Part shown: one piece after another, positions 51,427 to 61,826 of the stretch
Numbering within the stretch: the first letter of the stretch is position 1
Layout of the letters: the number at the start of each line of letters is the position of its first letter
Origin: Candidatus Enterousia sp.
Lineage (GTDB): Bacteria > Pseudomonadota > Alphaproteobacteria > Rs-D84
Reading direction: 5' to 3'
DNA: 64,000 bases
Assembly: GCA_045546195.1 (NCBI GenBank)
Contig: JAZQCH010000001.1
Coordinates: 103,362-167,361 of the forward strand
Program-made: the position numbers and the translations under genes
The notes under the pieces: model-generated
What the model was told of the DNA's origin: nothing
Database searches by the model: none
What the model saw: only the letters and a program-made list of their open reading frames with translations

Positions 51427-52497
51427 TTACGATAATGCGCTTGTAATCTGGTCCTGCATCTGAAACGTCCCCAACACCACCCAGGCAATTATTGCGGACA
51501 CTAACAAAATCCCCAAACTGTTCATAGTGTTGGAAATTTTTTCCATTTTGCGCACAGACTCGTTCAAATAGTCATTAGCAACCTGATTCAGGTTTTCATC
51601 AAATTCGTTCATATCGGCATAGATTGTTAAATCCCCAATGATTTCTGAATCTGGGAAATCACGCCCTGTGTGCGCCAACGCCCGCCCCAGGTTTTCACCA
51701 TTTGCGATATATTTCAACGCGCGTTCCAATATACTTCTCAGGTATCTGTTCGCGCTGTCGGCCAGCATACGCATCGCATCCGGTATTGTGACACCCGCAC
51801 TGACCATGGCACCCAAACTCATCAACCAACCGACCGATACTTGAATTTTATAAATATTCCACGGTGGCAATTTATCAAACATCGCACGCACACGACCCGA
51901 CCAGTTTGCCAAACTTATCCACACAACCGCCACAACGGACGCAAACACAACCAAGAATATATACCAATACTGAATTGAAACATCTGACAACCACACCAAC
52001 GAACGCGCTGTCCCACGCCATACAATATCATTACCTGCGATTTCTGCCAACGGCGGCACCAGATACAATCCCACCATAATGATAATACCGAACGTCAACG
52101 CCAACAAAAACATCGGATACCCAATCGCAGACGCCATCGCGCGTTTTATCCGTTGCGTACCGTCAACCACACGCCCAACATTTTCCAACGCCACCACCAG
52201 GTTCGACAGATTTCCCGACGTCACCAACAGTGTTTCATTTTCCGGCACCCAGCCGCGTGTCGCTTCGGAAAAAGTCATACCGCGTTCCAGATTTTTTTGC
52301 CACTCGCGCATAACAATTGCGAACGGTTCACGTGGTTTTTCCCCGCCATGCGATTCAATCATTTCCAATCGTTCCAGCGCATCAATCAGCGTGAAATCAT
52401 TACGCAACAGCGACGCCAATTTTCGACAAATTGACATACGCTTTTCCGTATTCAACCGGAACATCATTTTGGCATATAACAATTCCAGTTTATTCAT
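51427..52497 (-). CDS. Type IV pilus/T2SS platform protein (GspF-domain; R64 PilR/TcpE/BfpE-like)
   Basis: 356 aa, three TM segments, one GspF-type domain. Confidence 0.6.
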   Translation of the reverse strand: MNKLELLYAKMMFRLNTEKRMSICRKLASLLRNDFTLIDALERLEMIESHGGEKPREPFAIVMREWQKNLERGMTFSEATRGWVPENETLLVTSGNLSNLVVALENVGRVVDGTQRIKRAMASAIGYPMFLLALTFGIIIMVGLYLVPPLAEIAGNDIVWRGTARSLVWLSDVSIQYWYIFLVVFASVVAVVWISLANWSGRVRAMFDKLPPWNIYKIQVSVGWLMSLGAMVSAGVTIPDAMRMLADSANRYLRSILERALKYIANGENLGRALAHTGRDFPDSEIIGDLTIYADMNEFDENLNQVANDYLNESVRKMEKISNTMNSLGILLVSAIIAWVVLGTFQMQDQITSALS

Positions 52498-52498
52498 A

Positions 52499-54133
52499 TC
52501 AATATGCCCCCGGCTGGTCTAATTGCCCGACCCAGCGTTCCAATTCATCAACACTGATAATACCCTGTAACATTAACGACGCGGCGGCTTCCTTTAACGT
52601 GCGCCCATCCATATCTTCCAACCAGTACCGCACCGCACCATCTGTATTACCCGACAACGCCAGGCGCAAAAATTCACTGTTCGTGATAATGATTTCACCG
52701 GCCTTGACACGCCCAATATTACCCGTGCCATTACAGTGCGGACAACCTGGCCCACGCTGATAAACCTGTCGCAGACCAATTTCACCATAGGCATCCATCA
52801 CGCGACGATACGCCCCGCGTTCTGGATGATTTGCCAATGGCTCGCGACAATGTGGACAAACTTTTTTGAACAAACGCATCGACACCAAACCGCGCATCAG
52901 CGTTTCTTCCTTTAACTTAAACGGTTCAACCCCTAAATCTAACAGACGTGTTAACGCCGCCATGGCAGAATTCGCGTGCAGTGTTGTCCACACATTATGC
53001 CCAGACAACGCCCCGCGCACCGTCAGTTCCGCCGCCGCCAACGTACGAATTTCCCCCACCATCAGCGTATCTGGGTCACTGCGCAACGCGGCCGCCAACG
53101 CTTCGACATATTTTTCTTCGCGCTGTTCTTCGTTGGTTGTATTTACCACCGGCATCTGACGCGCGCCAAAAATCTTTTGTTCAACGGGATTTTCCACCGT
53201 AATCATATTGATTTCATAATTACGTTCTTTCAGCATCAACGACATATTTCGCACCAACGTCGTCGATTTACCAGAACTGGTTGGCCCCGCCACAATAACC
53301 AACCCCGTTGGAAACGAACGCATACGCGCCAACAGACGTTGTTCATACGGGCCAAATTCTTGTTCTGTCTTGATACCTTCGGACGGATTATCATACAGCA
53401 ATCGCATAACCGCATATCGCGTACCAAACGCAATCGGGTTAAACTGCATACGCACCCCCAGCACCCCCGACGGCAGGTATAAATCCTTGGTTCCGCGCAG
53501 TGGTGTACGTCCATCTTTCTGTGCCGACTGATATTCATTTACCGCATAGTTCGCATTTGAAATATCCGCCGATGCGAACGCCGCACGCAGGAACGATTCC
53601 CCCCACTGTGAATTATATTCCATCACGGGCTGCATACTGCCGTCTATTCGGAAATATATTGTTGTCTGGTCTGCGACTTCAACATGAACGTCTGACACCT
53701 TTTGTGCGGCGGCCTTGGCGATAATATCGACAAAATCTTTCTGCATCTGGTTATCAAAGTCCGCGCGTCCACGTCCCATCCCCCCCAGATGATTTTCATG
53801 TGATTTATAAATATTAGAAATCAGTCCTAAATCTGAATAAAACGGTTCACGCATTTTGCGATTACGTTTTTTCAGCAATTCTAAAAACGCCAGCACCCGC
53901 CCATCATATCGATGTGTACGCGAAATAATAATTTCACCACCGGTAAAGTACGCAATCAAACTCTGCGTATCACGGGGTAATTCAAACATCGCCCCAGTTG
54001 CCGTCAACAAACGATTCCCATTTGAAAACAGGTAATCAATAATATCTTTGGATTCGGCCGATTCCAACCCCACCGGGATTGATGGTGTATTTTGAAATTC
54101 GATATTATCAAAATTTTCTGTTTTCTGAACCAT
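52499..54133 (-). CDS. GspE/PilB-family secretion ATPase (R64 PilQ/BfpD/TcpT-like) with C-terminal tetracysteine
   Basis: Walker A VAGPTSSGKSTT, Asp box, His box. CPHCREP...CPHCNGTG zinc motif. Confidence 0.85.
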   Translation of the reverse strand: MVQKTENFDNIEFQNTPSIPVGLESAESKDIIDYLFSNGNRLLTATGAMFELPRDTQSLIAYFTGGEIIISRTHRYDGRVLAFLELLKKRNRKMREPFYSDLGLISNIYKSHENHLGGMGRGRADFDNQMQKDFVDIIAKAAAQKVSDVHVEVADQTTIYFRIDGSMQPVMEYNSQWGESFLRAAFASADISNANYAVNEYQSAQKDGRTPLRGTKDLYLPSGVLGVRMQFNPIAFGTRYAVMRLLYDNPSEGIKTEQEFGPYEQRLLARMRSFPTGLVIVAGPTSSGKSTTLVRNMSLMLKERNYEINMITVENPVEQKIFGARQMPVVNTTNEEQREEKYVEALAAALRSDPDTLMVGEIRTLAAAELTVRGALSGHNVWTTLHANSAMAALTRLLDLGVEPFKLKEETLMRGLVSMRLFKKVCPHCREPLANHPERGAYRRVMDAYGEIGLRQVYQRGPGCPHCNGTGNIGRVKAGEIIITNSEFLRLALSGNTDGAVRYWLEDMDGRTLKEAAASLMLQGIISVDELERWVGQLDQPGAY

Positions 54134-54138
54134 AAGAA

Positions 54139-54816
54139 TTATTTCCCACTACTAACGTTCAAATTCTGTGTATCGCCATTTTTATCGACAAACACAACCC
54201 CGTCGTACAACGATATAGACTTTACCGTCAACCCATCCAGCGATTTACCAACACTAATGCGTTTTGATTGCCCTGTATTCAAATCTTCGACGGTTGCCTG
54301 TAATTGTGCGCCCGCCCCAACAACATTGACCAGGCGATATTTTTTTGTAATATCAACTTCTGGTTCTTCTTCGGCAGTTTTCAGCACAGATGTCGCCTTG
54401 GCTGATTTTTGTTCTTCTAAATCTGCCAACCAAGATTCTTTTTCACGTTCGATACGCGCGGCTTCGGCCTCTAACTTTGCCTTTTGTGTTTCGATTTCTT
54501 GCTGTTGCTGTTCTGCGCGCCCCGACAGCGTATCAATTTCCATATGTAATTTGATTTTTTCAGCCGCCAAACGGTCTAATTCCAAATCCAACTGTGCGCG
54601 TTCTTTTTCCAACTGCATCAGAACTTTTTCCTGTTCTAAATCAGTAATCTGCTGAAACAGCGATCCATCAACATTGTATCCTGCGACGGCATCTGCTGAT
54701 ATTTCTTCCATATCAACATCAACCTGTTCGACGACATCAACCACGGCGAACGCGTTTGAAATCACCCCACAGAAAACCAACCCCAACAAAAACATTTTCT
54801 TATTTTGCATAGACAA
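54139..54816 (-). CDS. PilP-like periplasmic protein (signal peptide, coiled coil, C-terminal beta domain)
   Basis: 225 aa. C-terminus RLVNVVGAGAQLQATVEDLNTGQSKRISVGKSLDGLTVKSISLYDGVVFVD is PilP/GspC-HR-like. Confidence 0.4.
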   Translation of the reverse strand: MSMQNKKMFLLGLVFCGVISNAFAVVDVVEQVDVDMEEISADAVAGYNVDGSLFQQITDLEQEKVLMQLEKERAQLDLELDRLAAEKIKLHMEIDTLSGRAEQQQQEIETQKAKLEAEAARIEREKESWLADLEEQKSAKATSVLKTAEEEPEVDITKKYRLVNVVGAGAQLQATVEDLNTGQSKRISVGKSLDGLTVKSISLYDGVVFVDKNGDTQNLNVSSGK

Positions 54817-56062
54817 TCACCTCATAGTTCCAGGAACGCGAACGCACATCCCACGATGTCTGCATTAAATAGACACCGCCAAATTCATCAAATATTTTCA
54901 TAAATTGCATTGGCACCAGTTTTGATTCTGCGCCAACTTCGACCACATTAACAGACGCCGTATCAACACCATTTGTTAATGTATCAACAACAATCTGGGT
55001 ATCGACATTTGTATCAATCCCCTGGAAAGCCGTTATAATATCCCGCACGACCGTATCTGGGTCGCGTTCATCCTGCGATGCAACCGCATCCAACGCCGGC
55101 AGTGTTGCGCGCACACGAATTGTATCCGCATCCACTTCGGTCACGAATGCCCCCGGCATCAGGCCAGCCGCAATATTATAAAATTCACCAACTGTACCAA
55201 AACTGCGAACAAATTCTGCGACCACATGTGTTTCACCACATGTTGCATAAACCTGATTCCAACCGACAATCGGCTGCATCACAAATCCAATCGCCTGATA
55301 ACATTGTTCTGCGCGCGCCATCACATCAGGCAACAATTCATACGGCATAACAATCGGTTCTGGCGGCAAAGTTTTTTCAATTTCAAATTCTTCGTCTAAC
55401 TTTTTACTGCTTTCTTCAATCTGCCGCTTGTATTCTGCGACCAATTCCGGGTCTAATTCTGCCACCTGTGGACGCGACCTAAACGCCTGACTAACAGAAT
55501 CATGAAACACCAAACCCAAACCCAACAAAAACAAAACAATCAGCCCCAGCGACACAACCCCCGCCCCAAATCGACTAATTGAATGCAGGGTTATATTATT
55601 GCGTCCATCTAAGACATCCGCCAAGTTGCGTTCTGCGGCGCGCGGCATCCCCCACGCCCCCGGCGCAAAGAACGCCCCCCAATCTGGGATTTCAGACAAC
55701 TTAACATATTCTCTGCGTGCTTCGTCTTCGTCATCAAACACACGGTCTTCCAGAATAATTCCATTACGCGCCGCCACCAGATAAAACTTTTTATCAACCG
55801 CAAACACCGCCAAGAAAGACGTATATTCTGAAAAACTGTCCATCACCGCGGCGGCGGCCACCCGCATACCTGGTCGTGCGCCATCCTTGCGCGCGCCCAA
55901 ACCAACCATCGCGCGATATTCGGCATACAAATTTAATTTTTTATCAACATTACGCGACAAACTGCGCGCATAATTACGCGCATTAAACCCTGCGGAAACC
56001 GGTTGCCAAAACAACCCAACCGCATATTTTTTACGATTAACTGATACAGTCTGATTGGCCAA
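54800..56062 (-). CDS. PilO(R64)-like bitopic inner-membrane pilus assembly protein
   Basis: 420 aa: cytoplasmic N-domain, single TM (GAGVVSLGLIVLFLLGLGLVF), periplasmic C-domain. Size and gene order match R64 pilO-pilP-pilQ-pilR. Confidence 0.35.
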   Translation of the reverse strand: MANQTVSVNRKKYAVGLFWQPVSAGFNARNYARSLSRNVDKKLNLYAEYRAMVGLGARKDGARPGMRVAAAAVMDSFSEYTSFLAVFAVDKKFYLVAARNGIILEDRVFDDEDEARREYVKLSEIPDWGAFFAPGAWGMPRAAERNLADVLDGRNNITLHSISRFGAGVVSLGLIVLFLLGLGLVFHDSVSQAFRSRPQVAELDPELVAEYKRQIEESSKKLDEEFEIEKTLPPEPIVMPYELLPDVMARAEQCYQAIGFVMQPIVGWNQVYATCGETHVVAEFVRSFGTVGEFYNIAAGLMPGAFVTEVDADTIRVRATLPALDAVASQDERDPDTVVRDIITAFQGIDTNVDTQIVVDTLTNGVDTASVNVVEVGAESKLVPMQFMKIFDEFGGVYLMQTSWDVRSRSWNYEVIVYAK

Positions 56063-56138
56063 CTAAATTCTCTCTCTGAATATTCTGATGTAAATTATAC
56101 CACAAAATCCCAAACGATAGCAAACGAATATTCACATG

Positions 56139-56166
56139 AAAAAACCGCCAATCGGCGGTTTTTTAT
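56139..56166. terminator. Bidirectional rho-independent terminator
   Basis: aaaaaaccgccaatcggcggttttttat. Confidence 0.8.
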
Positions 56167-57146
56167 CAAAACTCAAATCGCAATCCCAACATCGCATTAA
56201 CATAGAACAAATCTTCTACACTAAAAAATTCACGATGCTTGCTGCCATCTTCATTGGACAGTTCCCACTTAACTCGTGGCAAATACATCGCCCGCAGACC
56301 AAAATCCACAAACATATTCTCGCTAATACCATACGACGCCCCAACCGCCGCCACTCCTGCAACATTGGACGTACTGTATTCAGACTTATAAAAACGCAAC
56401 AACCCTGAACTATCTATGGCTTCACCATACGGGAATAATTCTGGCTGGGCACTCAAATCACCATATGTATCTGCCAAATTTAATATTGTTTTAGTATCCG
56501 CATACCCAACACCAAACCCAACATACGGAATCATTGTACGCGTCGGCTTTTGTATCCCATCAAAAAAATCATAGAACACCATCGCACTAATAACATCGGT
56601 TGAAACCTTCGATTGAACCGATGCCGATGTTGCGTCAATCGCAACCCCATCCACATCACCGCCAAACAATTCAATATAGCCCTCTAAAAACGGCGACGAA
56701 TTATATTCACTTTCTGAAATATGGTCCCAACCGGCCTCGATACGCCATTGTGGTTTATTTGGTATTGTCCATCCAATACTTGCCCCGGCGGCAAACGAAA
56801 ACCCTTTGAAGTCTTTTCTGGGGGAAACATCCCCTAAATCCGCATACCCCGCAACCACATAATCCAGGCACCCACCATCGTCATAACATTGGCCATAATA
56901 AAATTCTGTTATAACGGCACCGGTATCCAAATCAATATAATACATATTCTGAATTCCGCCAACTTCGTTCTTAACCGTCCCCATACCGAACGCGGCGCCA
57001 CCACGTGCTGAAATTACAAAACGCGAACCATCATCTTCGTACCAACCGTCACCTACATACATCCCCGGATACTGCCAATCGGCAACCGCCGGCCCGAACA
57101 TCAGGCACGACAAAATCGGTAAAAACAACAAATTTCTTTTTCTCAT
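56166..57146 (-). CDS. Outer-membrane beta-barrel protein
   Basis: Signal peptide MRKRNLLFLPILSCLMFGPAVA. G/Y/D-rich alternating strands. C-terminal ...LGLRFEF. Confidence 0.5.
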   Translation of the reverse strand: MRKRNLLFLPILSCLMFGPAVADWQYPGMYVGDGWYEDDGSRFVISARGGAAFGMGTVKNEVGGIQNMYYIDLDTGAVITEFYYGQCYDDGGCLDYVVAGYADLGDVSPRKDFKGFSFAAGASIGWTIPNKPQWRIEAGWDHISESEYNSSPFLEGYIELFGGDVDGVAIDATSASVQSKVSTDVISAMVFYDFFDGIQKPTRTMIPYVGFGVGYADTKTILNLADTYGDLSAQPELFPYGEAIDSSGLLRFYKSEYSTSNVAGVAAVGASYGISENMFVDFGLRAMYLPRVKWELSNEDGSKHREFFSVEDLFYVNAMLGLRFEF

Positions 57147-57202
57147 ACCCCACATTATATCACAAATTCAACGCCATTAAAAACGAAATATATTCCATAA
57201 AA

Positions 57203-57275
57203 AAAATCCCCGAACACCGGGCCCCACACAAACAAATGTTTGCGTGGGTGGACACAGGGGATTTTTTTTCTTAAT
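57203..57275. terminator. Long structured hairpin region acting as terminator between the OMP gene and the lipoprotein gene
   Basis: aaaaaaaatccccgaacaccgggccccacacaaacaaatgtttgcgtgggtggacacaggggattttttttc. Confidence 0.5.
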
Positions 57276-57687
57276 AACACGAACCGTATGTACATCCACC
57301 GCTCGTCGCCGGCACAGAAACCGTTGCCGCCCCACCATCACGCGCGGTACGCACATTGTTTGGATGTGGACAATCATAAACATTTGCGACCAAAACAAAT
57401 GCGCGTTCTGGGCCAAATATCACCCACTCGTTTGGTTTTGTACGCTGACTGGTAATCCAGTATGCGTTCCCTGGACGCGCCTGGTCTGCGATACGATTTT
57501 CCAAATATCTGCGCGCATCTTCTGCGGCATAAACCGATACCTCTGATTCTAATTTATACAAAAAAGTACAACCAATTGGTTCTGAATCCAGTTGAACTAA
57601 ATACTGGCTGCCATTTTCATTTTTAATCATATTACCGCACCCCACAACCGACACCAGCACCGCTAAAATCGCAAAAATCTTTTTCAT
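57271..57687 (-). CDS. Hypothetical lipoprotein
   Basis: Lipobox VVGCG, 138 aa, 4 additional Cys. Confidence 0.4.
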   Translation of the reverse strand: MKKIFAILAVLVSVVGCGNMIKNENGSQYLVQLDSEPIGCTFLYKLESEVSVYAAEDARRYLENRIADQARPGNAYWITSQRTKPNEWVIFGPERAFVLVANVYDCPHPNNVRTARDGGAATVSVPATSGGCTYGSCY

Positions 57688-57710
57688 CTTTCCTCTCCTT
57701 AATTTTATTT

Positions 57711-58646
57711 TCAGTCAATTATATCATAGTTATCTGGGTTACTGAACAATTTTTTCAGCACTAAATTATTCAGCGCATGACTGCCCTTGTACGATTCCAG
57801 TGCCCCACAAATAAATGCGCCTGATGTGAACATATCACCAACCGCATCAATAATTTTATGGCGCACAAATTCATCCGGCCAAATTGTTTTATTCAGCGTT
57901 CCATCCCCCGCGTCATTCAGCGCGATAACATTTGATTCATTTGCCCCACGCCCCATACCGCGTTTTTTCAGATATTCCCACTCGGAATACTTTCCAAAGG
58001 TACGCGCGCGCGCAAAATTTTCAACAAAGTCCGCAATTGATTCTGGCGAATTATCATACGAATATGAACAAGACTGATTTCCGATAATTTTTTCCGGATA
58101 AATCAATGTCGCCTTGATATCCAATCGCGCCCCATCATTTGGACTTAAACTTACAAATCCATTACTTTTGCGCCCTGCGATTGTATTAAACAACCAAATT
58201 TTGAACCGCACAAACAACGGCAATTCGCGCAGCATTTCCCGCGCATGCGCCACAACTGGCCGCTTTACAACAACGCGTCGCATCGCGCCACGCACCACAC
58301 CTGCTTTTTCAAAGGCATCAATAAACTGCGCTGCGCTGCCGTCCAGAATCGGTGTTTCCGGCCCGTCAATTTCAATAATCGCACTGTCAATTCCCGCAAT
58401 AAATAACGCCGCCATCAAATGTTCAACCGTCTGAACATGCGCGCCATCGGTTTGTCCCACGGTCGTATTGCGCATTTTTGTTTCGCCAACATTATCATAT
58501 GTCGCCGGAATTAAACCAGTTCCATCCATATCAACGCGTTTGAAAAAAATCCCGCGTTCCGCTCCCGGCTTTACCACGATATTAACAGGCGCGCCCGAAT
58601 GAATACCAACCCCTGAAATCTTGACCTGTTTTTTCAAAGTGCTCAT
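57711..58646 (-). CDS. lpxC: UDP-3-O-acyl-N-acetylglucosamine deacetylase
   Basis: Start MSTLKKQVKISGVGIHSG. Zn-binding HxxxD region. Full-length LpxC match. Confidence 0.9.
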   Translation of the reverse strand: MSTLKKQVKISGVGIHSGAPVNIVVKPGAERGIFFKRVDMDGTGLIPATYDNVGETKMRNTTVGQTDGAHVQTVEHLMAALFIAGIDSAIIEIDGPETPILDGSAAQFIDAFEKAGVVRGAMRRVVVKRPVVAHAREMLRELPLFVRFKIWLFNTIAGRKSNGFVSLSPNDGARLDIKATLIYPEKIIGNQSCSYSYDNSPESIADFVENFARARTFGKYSEWEYLKKRGMGRGANESNVIALNDAGDGTLNKTIWPDEFVRHKIIDAVGDMFTSGAFICGALESYKGSHALNNLVLKKLFSNPDNYDIID

Positions 58647-59545
58647 CCTAATTTCTCCTTTAACCAAACCCAAAATGAATAATCAATAACCGTTTCCAGA
58701 CGCGCATATTTAATCTGGTCTTGAATTTCAACCGGCAACCGCACCCAGTCCTTTTCCGTCGTAATTAACTTTGCTTTTTTCTTTTTTGCCAACGCAATCA
58801 ACTTTTCCAAATCGTCACTTGTGTATTGATAATGGTCTGGAAAACTGCGTCGCGCCACAACATTTTTCAACGCCCCAAAGAATTTTTTTGGATATCCAAT
58901 CCCCGCAAACGCCACCAACTTTTCATCTTCGTCATACGGCGATGTTGTCTGATTTTTCGCACAGAACACCGGCACCCCAACCGGCAAAACAAAGTTCCGT
59001 TTTGGCTTTTTATTTTTAATAACAATAATCGCATCCGCATTACGCGCCATACGCTTTGGCACACGCAACGGCCCGGCCGGCAACATCAAACCATTACCAT
59101 ACCCCAACCCTTCGTCGAACACGACAATCGACACATCTTTTTTAATTGTTGGATTTTGTAATCCATCATCCATAACAATCGGCGTATCATCATCTTGTTT
59201 ATTTAACAAACTAATATTACTTTTTCTGTCACCAACATGAACCGCCAAACCTGTCCGCGCCAACATTGTCGCCTCGTCTCCGACATTCCCGGTCTGGGCA
59301 CTTTTCTTATACCCACGCATAACAACCGTCGCCCCATATCGATTTGCGATTGCGCGCACAACCGGTGTTTTACCAACACCACCCGCCAAAATATTTCCCA
59401 CACAAATAATTGGCCGACGTGATTTCATCGGGCGCAATTTCCGCAAAAAATAAACAACGCGCCCAATGCCATAGTACACCCACGACACCGGCACCAACAT
59501 CAACGACACAGGATTCTTGCTTAAAAACCACCATGGTGTTTTCAT
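58643..59545 (-). CDS. lpxK: Tetraacyldisaccharide 4'-kinase
   Basis: ICVGNILAGGVGKTP P-loop. 4-nt overlap with lpxC. Confidence 0.85.
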   Translation of the reverse strand: MKTPWWFLSKNPVSLMLVPVSWVYYGIGRVVYFLRKLRPMKSRRPIICVGNILAGGVGKTPVVRAIANRYGATVVMRGYKKSAQTGNVGDEATMLARTGLAVHVGDRKSNISLLNKQDDDTPIVMDDGLQNPTIKKDVSIVVFDEGLGYGNGLMLPAGPLRVPKRMARNADAIIVIKNKKPKRNFVLPVGVPVFCAKNQTTSPYDEDEKLVAFAGIGYPKKFFGALKNVVARRSFPDHYQYTSDDLEKLIALAKKKKAKLITTEKDWVRLPVEIQDQIKYARLETVIDYSFWVWLKEKLG

Positions 59546-60348
59546 TATTTTTTTCCCTTCTTTTTCTGTGCTTTTTTTGCCGCCGCCGCTTCGCGTTTAT
59601 TTCTTTTATATTCGCGACTGGTCAAATCCTGTTCAATATAGGGCAAACCAAATTCAGCATCCAACTCTCTCATTTGTTTAACCATAAAATCTTCCAGGTC
59701 TTGTCTAATTTTTTCAAATTCTTCGGCACTTGCGCGCTTTGGCACAAAGACCGGTTCCCCAATATTACAAACAATCTTCGCAAACGGCAGTGATAACAAA
59801 TACTTATCCCATCTATCCTGAATCCACGCCTTGGACGAAGTATAACACACCGGAATAATCGGTGCCCCCGACATTTTTGCGAAATATAACGCGCCTTCTT
59901 GGACACGCAGCGACGGCCCACCCGGCCCATCTGGCGACATACAAATACCATGGTCACCACGCGCCAACACGCGCAATCCTTCGCGCAGAACCGACACCCC
60001 ACCCTTGTGCGACGAACCATAAATTGCCCGCAATCCGAACAGGTGCTGTAATTTTGCCATCATACGCCCGTCTTTGTGACGACTGGCAACCGCATACGCG
60101 CGCATCCCCCCCAGACAAATAATCGGGCTCAACATCAAACTGCGTCCATGCCAGAACACAAAAATCGCCGGTTTTTTGCGATATTTATAGAACACTTCTA
60201 TATTTGAAATTCTTTTTATAGATGTAAAATAAGAAAACCATATTGGAATCGCCATAAAAATTGCGATAATCCATTGAAAAATTCCCAACCCCAGAATTGG
60301 TTCCCAAAATTTCTTCCACAGTTTTCTGAAAGTCAATTTTTCTGCCAC
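59545..60348 (-). CDS. DUF374 lysophospholipid acyltransferase-family protein (lpxK-associated)
   Basis: TM N-terminus followed by an acyltransferase-like domain. Conserved synteny with lpxK in alphaproteobacteria. Confidence 0.55.
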   Translation of the reverse strand: MAEKLTFRKLWKKFWEPILGLGIFQWIIAIFMAIPIWFSYFTSIKRISNIEVFYKYRKKPAIFVFWHGRSLMLSPIICLGGMRAYAVASRHKDGRMMAKLQHLFGLRAIYGSSHKGGVSVLREGLRVLARGDHGICMSPDGPGGPSLRVQEGALYFAKMSGAPIIPVCYTSSKAWIQDRWDKYLLSLPFAKIVCNIGEPVFVPKRASAEEFEKIRQDLEDFMVKQMRELDAEFGLPYIEQDLTSREYKRNKREAAAAKKAQKKKGKK

Positions 60349-60498
60349 AACACAACCCTTAAATTTGTTAATGTTGCCCCAATCTTAGCAAACAAAAATA
60401 TATAATTCAAGACAGACCAAGGCAAACAATCAAAAAACCCATATTATATTTTTTTATTTGACTATTATCATAAATAATATATAATACACACACCTTAT

Positions 60499-60575
<77 letters not shown>

Positions 60576-60582
60576 AGATTCC

Positions 60583-60604
60583 GCCCAGTTTTCTGGGCTT
60601 TTTT
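60583..60604. terminator. Terminator after tRNA-fMet
   Basis: gcccagttttctgggctttttt. Confidence 0.7.
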
Positions 60605-60831
60605 AATGCTTTTTTTACTCCTTAAAAACCACCACTTTTTCACCCTTTTGCTACCTATTTGCTACCAAGAACAACTATTAAAGATAAACAAAATCATACA
60701 TTATTAAGAATTGACATCTGATTTGAACATACTAGAATTCAAGCATAATCAAAAGAATTCTTATTTTTCTAACAATACCTAACCCAACTTCAAATACACA
60801 CAGGGGACGGGGGGGTAGCGAGGTATAAGCT

Positions 60832-61485
60832 ATGAAAAACACAAAATATCTTGATACATGCAACTTAATTCAAGCTTGCGAATATATCGCTTTTAAGTGG
60901 CTACCCCTTTCAACCATAAACACCTACAAGGAAAAACGTTATCAAACACGCAACACTTCTGAATACCATACAGAAATCACAAATGCAGCAAACACATTAC
61001 TAAAGTCACTACAAGAAAAACAAATTACCGCCACTGGCAAACCATATTTTACAGAACTATTCTACCTAGATACAAATTCTGCCTTCATCCCCTGCGACAA
61101 ACACGCAAAACAAGAATACGATAACAACATAAAAAAACTACGACAAGAATCACAATCTCATACAACAATTCCCGTTATTCATAGCCTAGACTTACAGCAC
61201 AATAAAATACTTGCCTTAAACAATGAAATTCACGAATACACAGATATAGAAATTCAATTAAAAGATTTACAATCATTGTTTGATAAAGTCTCCAAACGTG
61301 GAAGGAAACCTATTTTATCATTAGAAGACCAAGACAAATTAAAAGAATTTATAAAATCACATAAACACACAGTAGATAAAGAATTATACATAGACGCACA
61401 AAATTATGTAAAAAATACCCTAGGAATAAATATCTCATGCGAAGGCGTAAGAAAATACACAAAGAAACTAAAATCAATAAGTTAA
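60832..61485 (+). CDS. Island hypothetical protein with C-terminal HTH-like region
   Basis: 217 aa, AT-rich. C-terminus RGRKPILSLEDQDKLKEFI...VRKYTKKL is HTH-like. Confidence 0.4.
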   Translation: MKNTKYLDTCNLIQACEYIAFKWLPLSTINTYKEKRYQTRNTSEYHTEITNAANTLLKSLQEKQITATGKPYFTELFYLDTNSAFIPCDKHAKQEYDNNIKKLRQESQSHTTIPVIHSLDLQHNKILALNNEIHEYTDIEIQLKDLQSLFDKVSKRGRKPILSLEDQDKLKEFIKSHKHTVDKELYIDAQNYVKNTLGINISCEGVRKYTKKLKSIS

Positions 61486-61615
61486 AATTATTTTAATAAT
61501 TTATACAAATTTATACAATTAATACATTCGACTTTCTCATTAATCCATCACATATTTTTCTCAACAAACATGCACGACGCACGTTTATCACAACGAAATT
61601 AACAAGGAGAAAAAT

Positions 61616-61825
61616 ATGTATTCATTCAACACACCTGTGCTTCTTTCACAAAAAGAAGCCGCCGAATATCTTGGTACAACTGTTGGCACATTAAACACCT
61701 GGCGACATTATGGTAAAGACACAATCCCATATTTGCGCTGGGGTAACCGCATCAAATATCAAAAAGAAGATTTAGATGCCTGGATTAAAGCTAACAAGAA
61801 AAACACAATCACCACAGGAGATTAA
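61616..61825 (+). CDS. AlpA-family phage transcriptional regulator / excisionase-like HTH protein
   Basis: 69 aa. LLSQKEAAEYLGTTVGTLNTWRHYGKDTIPYLRWGNRIKYQKEDLDAWI matches the AlpA/Xis pattern. Confidence 0.6.
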   Translation: MYSFNTPVLLSQKEAAEYLGTTVGTLNTWRHYGKDTIPYLRWGNRIKYQKEDLDAWIKANKKNTITTGD

Positions 61826-61826
61826 A

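Noticed and set aside
52594-53724. Plus-strand ORFs (52976-53482 168 aa and others) inside the secretion ATPase gene
   Set aside because: Antisense, R/H/P-rich low complexity. The ATPase frame carries Walker and zinc motifs.
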